DNA of 64,000 nucleotides from positions 1,216,001 to 1,280,000 of the forward strand of contig OY821645.1 of the NCBI GenBank assembly GCA_963682135.1. The letters are read 5' to 3'. This stretch comes from Methanothrix sp. Its GTDB lineage: Archaea > Halobacteriota > Methanosarcinia > Methanotrichales > Methanotrichaceae. Positions 61,822-64,000 of the stretch are shown piece after piece; the first letter of the stretch is position 1; each line of letters opens with the position of its first letter. The position numbers were made by a program, and so were the translations under genes. Below the pieces are notes generated by a model. The model did no database searches. It was not told where the DNA came from and was given only the letters and a program-made list of their open reading frames with translations.

Positions 61822-63207
61822 TCACTTCTTCGCTGTGCTTGCGTACTTGGGATGGTAAGCCTTGATGTATTTATCGTCAATCCTGGTGAGCATAGCTTCA
61901 GGCAGATCTGCCAGCAGTTCCCATCCGATCTGGAGGGTATCGAAGATAGACCGGTCCTCATCTCTGCCCTGATTGACGAATCTCTTCTCGAACTTATCAG
62001 CGAACTCCAGCACCAATTTATCGCGCTCAGAGAGAGCCTCTTTGCCGACAATGGCCGCGAGACCGCGCAGATCGTTGCCCTCTGCATAGTAAGCATAGAG
62101 CTGATCCGATACTGCCCTGTGATCCTCGCGAGTGTGGCCCTTACCGATACCGGAGTTCATAAGCCGGGAAAGGGAGGGGCGAATGTCGACGGGCGGATAA
62201 ATGCCCTTTCTATGCAGCTCTCGGGAAATGAGGATCTGACCCTCGGTGATGTACCCGGACAGATCCGGGATGGGGTGAGTGATGTCGTCGCCGGGCATGG
62301 TCAGGATGGGGAACTGGGTGATGGAACCCTTTCTGCCCTTGATGATTCCGGCTCTCTCGTACTGAATGGCCAGATCGGTGTACATGTATCCTGGATAGCC
62401 GCGTCGTCCGGGCACCTCTTCACGAGCAGCGCCCATCTGTCTGAGCGACTCGCAATAGTTGGTCATGTCCGTGTAGATGATGAGCACGTGCATGTTCAGA
62501 TCGAAAGCCAGATACTCGGCTGTGGTCAGTCCCAGCCTGGGTGTGAGAATCCTCTCCACAGCCGGATCATCGGCCAGGTTGAGGAACACCACTGCTCTCT
62601 CCAGAGCGCCTGTTCTCTCGAAGTCAGCCAGGAAGTGCTGAGCCTCTTCGTTGGTGATGCCCATGGCGCAGAAGATAACTGCGAAGGCCTCGGCTTCACC
62701 GAGAGCCTTGGCTTGCCTTGCAATCTGCAGAGCAAGATCGTTGTGGGGCAAACCTGCACCAGAGAAGATGGGCAGCTTTTGGCCGCGCACCAGTGTGTTT
62801 GTGCCGTCGATGGTGGAAATGCCGGTCTGGATAAAAGCGCGCGGCTTCTCACGGGAAGCTGGATTGATGGCAGCTCCTGCAATATCTCTCAATACCTCAG
62901 GCACAATCTCCGGGCCGCCGTCTCTGGGCTTTCCGGATCCGGATAGAACGCGTCCCACTATGGCGGGAGACAGAGGCATCTTGATGACGTCTCCGGTGAA
63001 ACTGACGGCAGAATCCTTGGACAGACCGCCGGTTCCTTCGAATACCTGGATAACCACGATCTCATCGGAGGAATCCAGCACCTGTCCTCTCTTCAGCTCT
63101 CCGCCAGTTCTGATCTCGACGAGCTCCATGTAGCCCACAGGCTCTGTCTTCTCCACGAAGAGGAGTGGTCCGGAGATCTCAGTAATAGTCTTGTATTCCT
63201 TTGTCAT
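61822..63207 (-). CDS. atpB: A1Ao ATP synthase subunit B
   Basis: [35 protein letters not shown]. Confidence 0.97.
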   Translation of the reverse strand: MTKEYKTITEISGPLLFVEKTEPVGYMELVEIRTGGELKRGQVLDSSDEIVVIQVFEGTGGLSKDSAVSFTGDVIKMPLSPAIVGRVLSGSGKPRDGGPEIVPEVLRDIAGAAINPASREKPRAFIQTGISTIDGTNTLVRGQKLPIFSGAGLPHNDLALQIARQAKALGEAEAFAVIFCAMGITNEEAQHFLADFERTGALERAVVFLNLADDPAVERILTPRLGLTTAEYLAFDLNMHVLIIYTDMTNYCESLRQMGAAREEVPGRRGYPGYMYTDLAIQYERAGIIKGRKGSITQFPILTMPGDDITHPIPDLSGYITEGQILISRELHRKGIYPPVDIRPSLSRLMNSGIGKGHTREDHRAVSDQLYAYYAEGNDLRGLAAIVGKEALSERDKLVLEFADKFEKRFVNQGRDEDRSIFDTLQIGWELLADLPEAMLTRIDDKYIKAYHPKYASTAKK

Positions 63208-63219
63208 TTTGAACCCACC

Positions 63220-64000
63220 TCACTTCAGCGCCTTGAACTCGGCGTCCATCTGAGCCAAAACCTTTGCAAGGATGGGCTCATACTCGGCTTCCAGCCTCAC
63301 CTTGGCCAGGGCATCCTTGGATGGAACGGATATGATCTGCGCCACGGGTATGCCCTTCTGGACCGCATCGAAGGCATAATCTCGGAACTTGAGGATGGCC
63401 TCCAGAAGGTCGAACTGCTTCTTGTAGGGAGCAAAGGTATCCACCGGGTGGAATGCGCTCTGTGCCAGCCAGAAGTTGATGATCATCCTGGCGACTTCCA
63501 GCGTGACCTGCTGGTCCTCGGGCAAGGCATCGGAACCGACGAGCATCACGATTTCTTCCAGCTCGGCGTTCTCCTGGAGTATGGCCATAGCGCGCCTCTT
63601 GTTCTTGTTCCAGTTCGGACTGACGTTCTCCACGAACCAGGGTTCCAGAATCTGGTCGTATAGAGAATAGGAATCCAGCCAGTTGATGGACGGGAAGTGC
63701 CTGCGCTGTGTAAGCTTGGAGTCCAGTGCCCAGAATACCTTGACCATTCTCAGGGTGTTCTGAGTGACGGGCTCGGTGAAGTCTCCGCCGGCAGGGGACA
63801 CAGCACCCACGATGCTGACTGAACCCTGGCCGCCGTTGAGAACCTCGGCACGCCCGGCGCGCTCGTAGAAGTCTGCGAGTCTGGCGCCAAGGTATGCAGG
63901 ATATCCTTCCTCACCAGGCATCTCTTCTAGACGAGAACCCATCTCTCTCATGGCCTCTGCCCACCGGGAGGTGGAGTCAGCGGTCATCAAGCAGTCATAG
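63220..64000 (-). CDS. atpA: A1Ao ATP synthase subunit A, 3' part (5' outside window)
   Basis: ADSTSRWAEA, MPGEEGYPAYL, VSPAGGDFTEPVTQ, RRHFPSINW. Confidence 0.96.
   Translation of the reverse strand, partial: YDCLMTADSTSRWAEAMREMGSRLEEMPGEEGYPAYLGARLADFYERAGRAEVLNGGQGSVSIVGAVSPAGGDFTEPVTQNTLRMVKVFWALDSKLTQRRHFPSINWLDSYSLYDQILEPWFVENVSPNWNKNKRRAMAILQENAELEEIVMLVGSDALPEDQQVTLEVARMIINFWLAQSAFHPVDTFAPYKKQFDLLEAILKFRDYAFDAVQKGIPVAQIISVPSKDALAKVRLEAEYEPILAKVLAQMDAEFKALK

Noticed and set aside
61765-62946. 393-aa ORF antisense to atpB, and similar long antisense ORFs elsewhere (e.g. 27989-28708, 41705-42427, 54703-55365)
   Set aside because: Shadow frames of well-conserved genes with biased codon use
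1-64000. Provirus, integrase-bounded island, or Sec/Pyl read-through genes
   Set aside because: No capsid, terminase or integrase genes, no tRNA-end duplication seen, and no conserved gene broken by a single in-frame TGA/TAG

Overview
Archaeal chromosome window, most consistent with an acetoclastic methanogen of the Methanothrix (Methanosaeta) lineage. This is inferred from the split rpoB''/B'/A'/A'' operon, fwdDBAC, A1Ao ATP synthase, an intron-containing tRNA and a DUF1699-like gene. Core blocks: cobalt/corrinoid chelatase and transport cluster with a truncated cobN (0.9-8.2 kb); purP-fwdDBAC-leuD-leuB-tRNA-Lys-RNA polymerase-ribosomal operon (21.7-38.3 kb); truA-leuC/hacA-trpB2-NAD kinase-MarR/MFS-atpABD (53.5-64 kb). 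Three accessory regions interrupt these. (i) 8.2-21.3 kb is a hotspot where toxin-antitoxin pairs, a TPR-HEPN protein, a lipoprotein serpin, an IS200-split membrane protein and a chimeric TIR protein are interleaved with three partial copies of the flanking TudS/DUF523-like gene and a family of co-oriented GC-rich hairpin repeats. (ii) 38.3-39.9 kb holds a coupled nuclease and HhH glycosylase-like pair. (iii) 43.7-53.5 kb holds two tandem NLR-like STAND proteins, one with a nuclease and one with a CHAT protease. The most striking unexplained feature is a ~410-nt, heavily base-paired non-coding element at ~325-735 with its own TATA box and T-rich tail. By eye it does not match RNase P RNA, SRP RNA, tRNA or a cobalamin riboswitch. 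All family assignments come from motif recognition by eye; no searches or folding programs were run.
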